Shown: positions 24,901 through 36,843 of the stretch, in pieces
Layout of the letters: each line of letters starts with the position of its first letter
How positions within the stretch are numbered: the first letter of the stretch is position 1
Assembly (NCBI GenBank): GCA_050575255.1
Contig: JBNZDD010013687.1
Span: forward strand, 1,929,487-1,993,486
Direction: 5' to 3'
DNA length: 64,000 nucleotides
DNA from: Harriotta raleighana
Taxonomy: Eukaryota
Position numbers and translations under genes: made by a program
The notes under the pieces: generated by a model
What the model saw: only the letters and a program-made list of their open reading frames with translations
The model's database searches: none
Told to the model about the DNA's origin: nothing

Positions 24901-27149
24901 GTAGCATTGTGGCAGTCGTTGCTTCTAACAGGTCCATTTCTTGGAGGACTAAGCTATGTTTTTAATATTTTCTTAAATTCAATTTGAACAATTCTAGGGC
25001 TTTTGGTGTGAAGGTAGAGGTCCCATCTATTGCAAGGATTAGAGTGTTGATTAAAAAAAAGATGCAAGTTTGCACCTAGCAATCTTGTGACCAGGAATTA
25101 AATGGGAGGTTTCCCTTCTGAAATAAGTGCAAAACTAAACCTATTGTCAGGCAGCTTTGATACAAAATGTCATTTTGTTTACAAGGATCTAAAGTATTCC
25201 TATTCTAATCTATTGTTCTGATTCGTTTTTTGCCAATCTGTTTAAACTATGCTCCCGATGCACCAGTTACCCTGCACCACAGGTATAAAGTAATCAAATC
25301 CTTGGAATTGCAAATTATACCATTTTAAAAATCTAAATGATGCAAAAATACTGCCCAGTCAGTTAAATTATAGTAAGATATATGTTCACTGCTTCTTAGA
25401 TCAGCTATATTAAAATAATCTTGTTTTATGTGATAATATTAGAATGCAGATGTAGTAATAAATGATTTAAAATCCCTATCTGAATTAATTGAGTTTATTA
25501 CGAGAGCATCATTGATGTATGCGCTGTATTTTACAGTCATTTCAATGCATTAGAGGCTATCAACTAATGTACCTGTATATGGAACAAAAAAGTATTACAA
25601 AAGAGAGGATTTAAATAATGTTTCTTAAAAACCCAGCCCACTGCATGTTTAATTTAGGTTTCAAGACCATTATAATCTTTTTCAATAAACTATTTAATAA
25701 GTCTCCAGTGGTTTCTCTTTTCAATCGCATATAACTGTGTTGAATAAATAAGAACACCCCCTGCTCTGACCTAAATTATGAGAAACCAATGACTGATGTC
25801 TAGCAGTAATTCATATAGACATGCTGGTAAAAATTAAAATTCAGTTTTTTTTTAACAGTACAGTTGAAAATATTCACAGGTTAGAAAGGAAGAAATGCGG
25901 GTTTATGTAGGAAATGTTCTGTGAATAAATTTAATATCAAACTTATCCAGTCCAGAATGCTGACTGGTAAGTTTTATATTTTATTATTTCTGTGAGTATG
26001 GTGCTGTGTCGAAAAATAGTTATTGAGTAAAGAGTGACATGTACACATATATTCCACAAATGTGTTTTTACATGAGAAACCATTGGCACAATGTATGTGT
26101 TCGTTTAGTGCATCAGATGAAAGCAAGGAATTTGGTTATTACTTTTCTGTATAATGTCAGGCTTTTCCTATATGGTTTATTCAATTTGGTGACTGACTCC
26201 TAACTATCCTTTGTTTACTGCAATAATTGATTTCTTTAGCATGATGTTTCACTGTTAGCATATTTGTGATTTTGTTTTCATCAGAACCATTTCCCAGTTG
26301 GATTCATTATTCTACCATATGACATTTTCTCCATATGGCCAGACTCTGAACACTCATTAACATTCTAGTCAGAACAATCATAAAATCTGTAAATAAATGA
26401 CAACTATCAGATATTTTTATGCATAATCTAAATGTTACGGTACAATGCTTAAAATGTTTATACATTATGCAGATTCCGGATTTTCATTTGGGACCCTAGA
26501 TACAGTTGTATCTACATTTTCATCTTCGGAATACAGTCTAGTGCAATAATTCTTGTCTTCCTTAAAAGCTTTATTTAATTTTTTTTTAAAAAGCCATTAT
26601 ACTCTCAAGTTTTTTTTATATACATTAGGAACATTGGATTGCACACAGTTCCCCAATGGAAGGGAGAAATCAAACTGCCCCAGTTTTGTACATATTCCAC
26701 TCTTGAATCAAACCATAGCAAGTACAGAGAGCAGCTCAACCTAACTCATATTGTGACCTTTTCTTCTCCCTGCCCCTATTGTGTTCCTTAATGTTGTTGC
26801 TGAGATTACAAGATCTCCATATCAAGATCGCACATCCTAACCTCTAATTCCCTCAAAGACATAACTGAGTTGTAAACCAATGTACAAACTAAAATCACAA
26901 ATATGTGGTTTTTTAAAAAAAAACTCTTGTAATACTGTACTAGAAATGCACTTTTATTCCAGATTGTTAATATTTTACTTCTTTTCAAGGAGGAAATGCA
27001 CATTAACTACAAGTTGCAGAGCGTCAGTACTTGCTGGAATAATTGCATTTCATTCAAAGCACAGATAATTTAAAAGTCAATATAAATCTCTTCTGGAAAG
27101 TTGTCTCCCCCTCTCCCTTCCCAAGACATTCTATTACATGTAAGTTTGC

Positions 27150-28237
27150 TTGTTTCTCTCTCACCATTCCCTCTTTGAACCCCTACAATATGGTTTCCAT
27201 GCTTCCCACAGCACAGAGACAGCCATGGTCAAACGATATTTTAAAACATCTGTGATCAGGACTCTCTGCCTTCTTGATCTCTCGCTGCTTTTGACACTGT
27301 CGATCTCTCCATCCTCTTACACTACCTCTCCTCTCAGCTCATTCTTCACGGACCTGTCCTCACCTGGTTCGACTCTTACCTTTCTCACCATCTCCAGTTT
27401 GTCACCATCAATGGCTTCTCCTCAAGCCCCTGTATATGTACAAAACTGGGGCAATTTGATTACTCCCTTCCATTGGGGAACTGTGTGCAATCAAATGTCC
27501 TTAATGTAAAAAGCCCCACAGGTCACCTGTGGCATCCCAAGGCTCTGTCCTTGGCCTTGTACTTTTCAATATCTACATGCTCCCCCTTGGTGAATGAGGG
27601 TCATGGGGTCAAGCTTCCATATGTATGCAAATGACACCCAACCCTAAATTCCAGGACCATTGCTGTCCTGACACACAGCATGTCAAACATCAAGTTCTAG
27701 TTGAGAACTAAGTTTCTACAGCTGAATGTCAACAAGACCGATGCCCTCCTGATTGGCTCCACCATTACCTCACCCCTCTGGCTGCTGAAACTCTCATTCA
27801 TGCCTTCATCACATCCAGGCTCGACTACGCCAACATCCTGCTTGCTGGCCTTCCCTATTCCTCCCTCCATAGGCTGCAGATAATCCAGAACTCTGCAACC
27901 CGTGTCCTTTATCACACCCTCCACTCAGTGGCCTCTGGCTTGATCTCTGTCCATCTGACCCCCCCCCACCCACCACCATTGGCGGGCGACTCTTCAGTAA
28001 CTCTGCCTCTAACCTCTTCAATCCATCCTGCAGTCGCTCCGCCTCGCCCCCTCCCTAGCCTCCTTCAATTTCCGCCTCATGACCCTCCTCTTCAACGGTC
28101 CCATCAGTCACCCGAAATCCCCTCCTTTTCCTCCATCCTCCCTCGAGCCCAGCTCTGGTTGAAACCCTGATTGTTCAGTACCTTGGGACACTCTCCTGAC
28201 GTGAAAAAGCGCTATACAAATATAATTTTGTTGTTGT
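27150..28237 (+). mobile_element. Internally deleted L2 LINE ORF2 (reverse transcriptase) remnant with 3' tail
   Basis: Frameshifted RT motifs QYGF..HSTETAMVK, LLDLS.AFDTVD, G.P.GSVLG, HMYANDTQ (YADD-like), FLQLNVNKT and IHAFITSRLDYANILLAGLP, ending in an L2 tail ...aattttgttgttg. Confidence 0.9.
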
Positions 28238-29464
28238 AAGTTATCATACTTTAGTTTTCCTGGAAAGAATTTCCAAAGATTAAAATTTTACTTACAATCT
28301 GCCTTTTAAAAACATGATTAGGAACAATGAATGCAAATTAAATTAATATTTTTGATTGTGTTTTGGGTGGCCATTGCCAGGATTTAACTTTTTTTAATAA
28401 AGTAATGGAAACATGAACTTTATAGAAGTGAAACCATGGAATCTATGGTAATAAATTACTTAAATACAGGACTTTCAAAAGGGATAATGCTGATGTCAAT
28501 AATAGTTTAGAAGAATTCTTCATTTAATCTTCCATTGCCCAGTGGAAAAAGAATGCATATTCAAACAATTGCCTAACGCATTAAAAATGTACATTGTATT
28601 CTGATTGTTGATTAGTTTATGAGACTAATGCAAATGTAACTGTCTTCCTGTCAGATTTAGAGCTGCATTATGCACTCATGTTGCATTTTTAAGGACAGAT
28701 CATTGACAGTCAATTAACAAGTTTGATTGGTGTGTCATATCATTCTTTTGAACTGTTAATAGTATGTTAATAACATTCTTTCCTTTGTGCTATCCCGTTT
28801 GTGGTTTCTGGGAAACACGGCTGTTTTTTATATACAAACCTAAAATAAATCCTAAATAATAGATTATTAAACACCTGCCTGATGCAGCTTGGGGAGATTT
28901 TTCTGCACTGAGAGTTCACAGTTGATGCCTTTGATATTGAAATCAAGGCATGATAGCCTTTTTATTCAAATCATAACTTCTTTTGATGGTAGCTTGTTAA
29001 GAAATATTCAGTGCAAGTCTGACCTTATCTGGTTTCCCATAGAACAGAACTCTGATGCCGTCTGAAGGTTCATAAATGGAATGCCAGTGACAATTTGTTG
29101 TTGTCGTTTTGCTGCCTCAGCCTTCAGGTGCGGGTGGTTGATGTACATCTCTCACTTTACCAAATAACCCTTCCAAGTAAATGATCTTCTGATTGATCTG
29201 ATGGTTTCAAAGCACTGGGCTCTCATTTATGGTTTGCAGTCATAGTAATTTAAGCTTGTTCTGCTTCTCTAAAAAAGCATCAAAGTTGACAGGCAAATCT
29301 GACAGACGGGAGCAGCATCATGGGATGCGGGAAGCAAGCTTCTAGATGCAGTGCTCCACTACCTTACATGGAAAGCCATAGCAGTCCTGAGGATGTAATA
29401 AAAAGCTATAAAAATTCTAAACATGTCCTGCACAATAACTTCAGAAAACCTCAGTCTTTGATAT

Positions 29465-29548
29465 TCACTCCACTGTATATTCTGTGAACCACTTTGAGAT
29501 GTCTTGAAGATGTGGTAAGGCGCTATATCAAATGCAAGAATTATTATA
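29465..29548 (+). mobile_element. SINE 3' tail fragment
   Basis: tatattctgtgaaccactttgagatg...aatgcaagaattattat. Confidence 0.75.
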
Positions 29549-30942
29549 ATTTAAATGTGAAACAAGTATAAACTGGATTGCTTTTCATGATGTAATATGA
29601 TTACAGTATAATGGGCCCTCTCTGGTTGCAGTGAAGGTGCAATGCTTAATTGCACTAAATTGATGAAACTTCCTTATTATTTAAAGATTAGCTTTGTTGT
29701 TTGCATTTCTCATTGAGCTAAAATTTTAATATATCTCAAGGAAAGTAGATAACCCTTTCAAAATAGGTTCTTTGACTCTCCAGAAGATTGTGCTTTATTT
29801 TGTTAAATTAAGTTTGATACTGGCAAATCGTAATTTTCATATTGAGTGTTGCTACATTAATAATGTGAATGTAGATAGCTACTTAATCTTTATATCGAAG
29901 ATATTTCTCCATGCAAAATCAAGCTGCTACTTTTGTTATACCAAGTAAGTTTAAGTATGTATTTAACAAAATAATATGGTAGAAATGGAGCTGATTCCAG
30001 AACTCACGCTTTGCTCAAAGTATGGGATTAACACTTGTAACAATATAATGCACTTTCCCTGACATTCTGGTATTTGATTAACCTTATTTTCACAGAGAAA
30101 GGGAGCATTCATCTATTTCAGCTTTGTAGATTTCAGCTTCCTCTTTTATGTGTTTTGCTGATTTGAAGAGGAAAGAACTTGTATTAGTCTCTTCTTTTTG
30201 AACTTCATGTGACAGTTGGCCCTGTACATACTTGTCACTGCATAAATGATACAGAGAATTTAGTAATCCAATTTAATGTTATCCTGTTGGATATGTGAAC
30301 CAGTTTCAGTTCATCCTCCCCAGGCAGATTGGCAATTACAGTGATTATATTGCCTGATAGAGGCCTGCGCAACTTAAATATACCCTTTCAGGGAGCAGCA
30401 TCAATCCTAAATTGTCTGGTGATTTCTTTATGGTGTATATTGAAACATCCAATACATGTAAATGTGAGGCATACATTTTCAAAGTCCACATTTTCTGGTT
30501 TGCAATTGGAAACATAATGAACGTTTACAGTATATTTTTGCACCCATTTTGTCGGTATTGAGTAATTCGAAGATCAGATATTCTATCCGCTAAATTAGAT
30601 GAAGAGTGGAAATTCTGTCAGAGCAATAATACTTAACCCCAACCACAAAAGAATATTCTCTACTGTGGCAGTGTGACATTTTTGTTTCCCACACCAGCAA
30701 TCCTTTTGACCTCTGAGATTGAGGTTGACAATTCTTAGAGGAGAATTTTATATTTTGGACTAAATATTAGTTGAGCTAAGACTAATGGATCATCTGAAAT
30801 AAATTTTTGTGGCTGGACATTATCCAAGGGCTGAATAATGCAATACATATTATACAAAGCCATTTTTATAAGCATAATTGCAGTTTTAGGACATTGTCCA
30901 ATATTTTCTAAAATTACAATAACAAATGATGTTAAATAAGCA

Positions 30943-31045
30943 TTTTGCCCATAAAACAGTCAGTTCACTTTATAATATATTCTGTGAAGTGCTTTGAGAC
31001 ATCTGAATGACGTGATTAGGTGCTATCGTAAATGCAAGTACTATT
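30943..31045 (+). mobile_element. SINE 3' tail fragment
   Basis: cagtcagttcactttataatatattctgtgaagtgctttgagac...aatgcaag. Confidence 0.75.
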
Positions 31046-31983
31046 AAGTAACTTTTGCTTCATTCATATATCAAAAGTCTTGCTTAAAAATGCAAAATGA
31101 TTCAGAATAACTAACTAAATGTGACCAATATATTCCCATTGATAGTTTATTTTTAAAATGGCTTAAGGAGCAAAACATGATCTATCTATGATTAGAGCCA
31201 AAAATGCTATATAATGTAATTTTGTTGTTCTTGTTGAAGGATATTTCTTCAATAGAATAGAGACTGAACAGATTAATCTGTTGACTAATTCATTGTCATG
31301 TAAAAAGATAGAAAGTTACTCTGTCTTGTTGTATGGTAAGTGGCCTTTTGTTGTTGACTTTTTCCTTGTACGTCTTAAGGACAAATAGTTAATGCAGCAG
31401 GAAAAAGGATCATAGTAAATCAAATGATGTTGCATTCAGAGCTCCTCTGGTTTACCAATGTTTTTTCAGTTCTTGGAAACAACTGTGGCTTTCATGAATA
31501 CATCTGAGATTCTGTATTTCGCAACCATACTGTATCATATGCATGATACATATATGTATGATACAGTGTATCATAAAAATATTCTTTTTATTTCTTATCC
31601 TAAATAATGCTGAATCCTCTGAAGTCCTATAACACTTAATCGCAGAAAAACAGCTGCCAAGAAGTATCATTTTTATGTTACATAGAATATTATTTCTGCG
31701 TAGTTCTGGGAGTAATTAAAGCTTGGGGTTCAACAGGTGAATGAATTGCATGACCTTCATACCCACAGTTTATGATATCATTTGAGTTTCTTGACTGATT
31801 TATGGACCTATAATTAATTGTTAGAAACTAATACCATTAATAGATCTGAAATTAATTATTTTATAAAATTGGTACATAAAAGAAAGAGAATGAGAATAGC
31901 AGTCAGAATGCATTTGCATTGGACAGCAATTTTGAGTAAGAATGGAGTATTCATATTCTACAAATCTGTTCTAGATCACTAAT

Positions 31984-32299
31984 GTAAAGTCCTGTAGCTC
32001 AGTGGTTAGAGCACTCGCCTTTCAAGAGAGAGACCTGGGTTCGATTCCAAGCATGTCAGGGCGAAACCTTGGGCAAGTTTCCTTACTCCACACACCTAAC
32101 AATAATCCCTCAAAAAAATAATAAATTGGTCATTTCAATCCACAATTGTTTGTGGGAGACCGCTGTGTGAAATTTGCTGCTGGGTTTCAACCACACAATA
32201 TACAGTCAATTCACATTACAATATCTACTGTGAAGCATTTTGAGATATCTAGAAGACGTGAAAAGTGCTAAATCAAAATGCAAGAATTATTATGATTAT
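31984..32299 (+). mobile_element. tRNA-derived SINE copy
   Basis: gtagctcagtggttagagcactcgcc...ggttcgattcc head with shared body and tail. Confidence 0.92.
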
Positions 32300-32399
32300 C
32301 AGGACTCGACAGGCATGATTTTCTTCCCCTAAAGGAGAAGGGCGCTTCTCATTGAGGTCAAAGATACCAAATTGCAGTATGGGTTATATCAATATCTAG

Positions 32400-32810
32400 A
32401 TAAGAACATAAGAAATAGGAGCAGGAGTAGGCAATGCGGTCCCTCGAGCCTGCCCCATCATTTAATAAAAGATCATGGCTGATCTTCTAACCTAATTCCA
32501 CATACCTGCTGTATCTCCATTTCCCTTAATCCCTTTATCCTTTAGAAATCTATCAATCTCAGTCTTGAATATGTTGAAGGACTGAGCATCCATAGCCTTC
32601 TGGGGTAGAGAATTCCATAAATTCACTAGCCACTGAGTGATAAAATGTTTCCTCAACTCCGTTCTTTCCTCAACTACATCCTTTAAGAATCTTATAGGTT
32701 TCTATAAAATTACCTCTACATCTTATATATTTGAGAGAATTTAGGCCTAGTTTACTCAACCTATTCTGATAGGTCAACCCCTTCATCCCAGTACCAATTT
32801 AGTGAATCTG
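32400..32810 (-). mobile_element. CR1 LINE 3' fragment
   Basis: taagaacataagaaataggagcaggagtaggc...gatcatggctgatc...ggggtagagaattcca, the typical reverse-strand CR1 3' end. Confidence 0.8.
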
Positions 32811-33835
32811 TGAAAGGATATATCTCTTCTGAACATATCAATTCCCTCACATCAATTCTATCCTGATTAGTTAAGAGAGCAAGTAGATTTTTTTAGACAC
32901 CTTCAGTATTCCTTCGTGGACTGAATTACTAATAGGTCAGTCTGTCCCAATGTCTTTTCTTTGCTGAAATGAAACAGTTGGCATAAGTGAAAGTTGAATG
33001 ATTGGAACTGATTGGAATATGAACTCAGGCCTTCAGTTTAAGAAACTCTGAGAATTCTCATTATGAATTTCTAAACTAAACAATTTCTTGTGAACAAGAC
33101 AATAATGTTAGATGAGAACTGAAATAATACAAATGTGAAATCCTGATTTTTGTCTTATTTTCAGTCATAATTGCTGTAACTTAAGAACTTGAGCCATAAA
33201 AAATGCACCCTTTCACTTCAGAAAATGTTGCTTTGATGGAGTCTGAAAACAAAGCAAATTGTGGTATGTGATGTTCATAATTGCATGCAGAATTCACAGA
33301 ATACTGAATAGATATAGGCTCTTGCAAATTGAGGCCTTTTAATGAAAAGTATAATTTGATTTTCACAAGATTCAACTACGACACATGATTAAAAACATAT
33401 TACCCAAGAGCTGCATAAACCGGTTGTATCATTACACTAATTGTGAACAATTTCTGCATTTGAAGCAACAGGATGAACATGAGTTTAGTTAGCATCTCAT
33501 TTATTAAATTTAGTCTTTTATAGAAGAGTGATCTATTTATTGCTCTAATGCAATGCACATGATGGGCCACGTTTCTGCATTCATGTCTCATAAATTGTAA
33601 TCTGAGGACTGTTTATTTTCTTTCACATTACCTTGATGCAGTAGGAAACACTAAAATAAATAATAGGATTTTCAACCATTCGGACGCTAATTGAACCTAA
33701 ATAGCTGGCATTATTTACCAGTGATGCTACAAGTTTAACATCCTTAATCTTGTTATAAAGAGATTTTCTATCTGCAGATATTAGTGTGGATTCTTTGCCT
33801 GAGGTATTAATTGATCCAGCCATTGATGTCTACCC

Positions 33836-33980
33836 TAAGGTCATAAGGTTACATGGCTTTGCAGAAGCCAGCAATTAGCACATTGTCACTTGTGGTTATT
33901 TACATTGGCAATATCTTATAAGCAAGTATTTGACTGACAGGTCAGTGGGTCAGTGGGCTTTATCTGAGCCTGTGACCTAT
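33836..33980 (+). promoter_or_regulatory. Candidate DR2 nuclear-receptor elements with overlapping TALE (PBX-MEIS-like) motif
   Basis: AGGTCA-ta-AGGTTA (33838-33851), TGACTGACAG (33931-33940) overlapping AGGTCA-gt-GGGTCA (33939-33952), and TGACCT at about 33973. Motif evidence only. Confidence 0.35.
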
Positions 33981-35949
33981 TGGAACATCAGGCATAACTC
34001 AAACAGTTTGCAACACTAATAAGATATATTTTATTAAATTACAGGCAATTAAACTGGAGGAGAACAATTAAAATAGCATCCAATATAGGTTTGCTATAGA
34101 AAATATCCCTCAGGTACAATTTAGCTTATCAGGCTTATCCTATTCAAAGCGTTGTTATGAAAATTAAATCATTTCAGATATGCATTGAGATAATAATTTC
34201 TATGATTGGGTCAAAGTACGAGGAGCCTGGGGTCACTTCACAACTTTGACGTTTGACCGTTTATCAATAGAAAAATTTAGATGAAGAAGATGGGATGAAT
34301 GGGGTAAAGATGAGAACTCCAGCCACTCTATAGTTTCTTCCAACCAGCACCATTAATGATGTTCAGCTTCATAACAGAATTACAACATTGTAATAACAAC
34401 ATGCAATGCATGAACTTTGCTGTGTTCTCTAAAGGTTTTAACAGTTGTTTTTGTGAATCAGAATTTGTGTTGGACTAAATCTATTTAATAAAAAATCAAT
34501 ACCTGTATTCAAGACAAGCTAAATGGGCATGAATCATTGTTGTGTATATTAATTTTATTTGAAAACTTAACTCACTCGACTTGCAAGTAACTTCAAATCT
34601 CTGTGTATCATCTAGATAGGTATGCCTTCAATATGTGCAAGCTCCACTTCAGCCTCGGATGAGAATGATTGGAGCAGGTGGATATCCAAGCACAGCTTCC
34701 TATTCTGAATTGCTTTACCCAAGAACTAATGGCTGTGATATAACTGAAGCAGAATTGTGAGAGAATGGAGAAGCATGGAGAATGGAGAGCACCGATTATA
34801 GAGCAAAAACCTTTGAAGTTGTTTACTCCTCTGCTCGTATTTCAGTTTACCCTCAGTGCTTGGAAAACTTGCATTATATGGGGAAGGTAGCTGTAAGTGG
34901 AATCCATGCAAGAGCTCTTATTTCATGTTTTGTGCATGATGATTCAAAACAAATCAACAGACTAACAAAAGCAGAGGTTGCTGAAGGGGAACATAAAGAC
35001 AATTCCCGCTCCAGCATCTAAAACTAACCTTGGGCCAATTATTTAAATGTTATTGAATATTCCTTTTAAATAGATATTACCAGCAGCAATACATTGCTTA
35101 ATTATAAAGCTGTTCAGGCTATTTTCTGTTGCCTTCTCTTGTTCTCTGTTCTCTCTAAAGTTGAAATCTTCAGGAAGTGTGCATTTGCAAAAGTCAATTC
35201 CCCCCACAGTATTTAATTTTTCTTAACCTGAGGCTGGGTAGCAAAGAAAAAGAGTTAAAGTTAATTTTTAAATAGTGTGATGGGAATTGATTTTTTTAAT
35301 AAACTTGTGTAGTTAAGGACCTCGGTCTCCCAAAATACTAGAATTAATATAAAAACTTTTTTTCAACCCAAACCACCATTTCCTTTAAAGTTTGATTTTC
35401 CCCATGTCTTCAAAACAATTAATCTTGTTGCTAAATGTTTAAAATCCATTTTATTTGATTTTTAAATTGGGGGAGAAAAAAGGAAAATAATTATCTTGTC
35501 CAGATCTCCTGACAATCCAATTCTGCAATTTCAACCATTGTTTGCATTTGCAGTTTGCTAATTATATGTAAAGAATCAGTGGCGTAGCATCAGGAGGAAA
35601 TTACCAAAAATAACGACTTGTAAAATAAAATGAAGATATATCTGAAAATATTTCCAGTGGTTTTGAACAACTATGTCAATTAGACTATTTGAAAATCAAA
35701 TACAACTACTATAATAGAGACTTTTTAAATGTGTTTACGAGACACCGGACACTACAGAGTGCTTTTACCTCTAGCACCTGAGTTGAATGACGCTAAGCTG
35801 ACAGGAGGAAAACTTCTGTTTGAGACTCGTGGAGTATGTAGAGAATCATGAGGAGTATAAACACCAACATGGACAGGTTGGACTGAATGACCTTTCTCCA
35901 TGCTGTACAGTCTACACAAATCTATATTTGGTTCCAAGATTTCTATAAG

Positions 35950-36286
35950 ATAATAATAATAATAATAATCCTTGCATTTCATATAGCGCTTTTCACATCT
36001 TATCAACGTCCCAAAGCGCTTCACAGAATATACTGTAAAGTGAAGTGACTGTATATTTTGTGGGCGGAACTCGGCAGCCAATTGCGCACAGCAGCGTCCC
36101 ACAAACAGTCATGGATTGAAATGACCAATTTTTTGTTATTGTAGTTTTTTGGAGGGATTATTATTAGGCATGTGGAGTAAGGAAACTTGCCCAAGGTTTC
36201 GCCCTGATCTGCCTGGATTTGAACACAGGTCTCATGCCTGTAAGGCATGTAAGGCGAGTGCTCTAACCACTGAGCTACAGGAGCTG
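35950..36286 (-). mobile_element. Full-length tRNA-derived SINE
   Basis: Reverse complement of the 4656-4988 type, sharing its diagnostic ccttacatgcctta duplication and gcagatcagggcg segment. Confidence 0.93.
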
Positions 36287-36600
36287 TGAAGTTTAGGTTT
36301 CTCAACCCAATTCCAAATAGAGTGCAAAAGTTTGCTTTCAGTACAAAACTAACCTTAAATGTGGGACAGCAGTGGAAGCAGAATGATTTAATCAATATAT
36401 TTTGATCATAAATTACCAAAGATCACAAATTATCTATTTCTTTCAAACTTCTATTACATTAAACATGTTGTCCTTTGTATGAGTATGCTTTTAATATGTG
36501 CTCTAAAATGAATCTATCTGATGTGGCCACATTTGAATGATCTAATCTTTCATATAATAGAGATCGGAATGTGCCAAATTATTCTGATTTCTCTTTTTAG

Positions 36601-36843
36601 ATCGCAAATGTGATACTCTGTGCTGGTCAGATTGGATTAGTTCCATGCACCATGCAGCTGGCCAAAGGAGTTCGATCTCAAGCTGTAGCCTCTCTCAACC
36701 ATGTTCAGAAAGTTCTAGAAGCTGTGAAGAGTGGAACAAACTTGAGCAATATCATCCTGGCAAACTGTTATGTCACAGACAAGAAATATGTTTCTGTTGT
36801 GCAGAACATCTGGCAGAAGACCATAAAGGAACATATTAAAGAG
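36601..36843 (+). CDS. DPH6: DPH6 exon, core of second Rid/YjgF-like domain
   Basis: Acceptor ctctttttag|36601. Translates IANVILCAGQIGLVPCTMQL...IILANCYVTD...IKE with the Rid (S/A)GQI motif. Donor GAG|gtaagc; 243 nt, phase 0-0. Confidence 0.95.

Noticed and set aside
27150-28170. Cluster of Pro/Ser/Leu-rich ORFs (also 333-613, 11010-11327, 42474-42908)
   Set aside because: Alternative frames of decayed L2 elements.
35752-36419. 116-aa and 132-aa minus-strand ORFs
   Set aside because: They run through a SINE, and the same peptides recur at other SINE copies.
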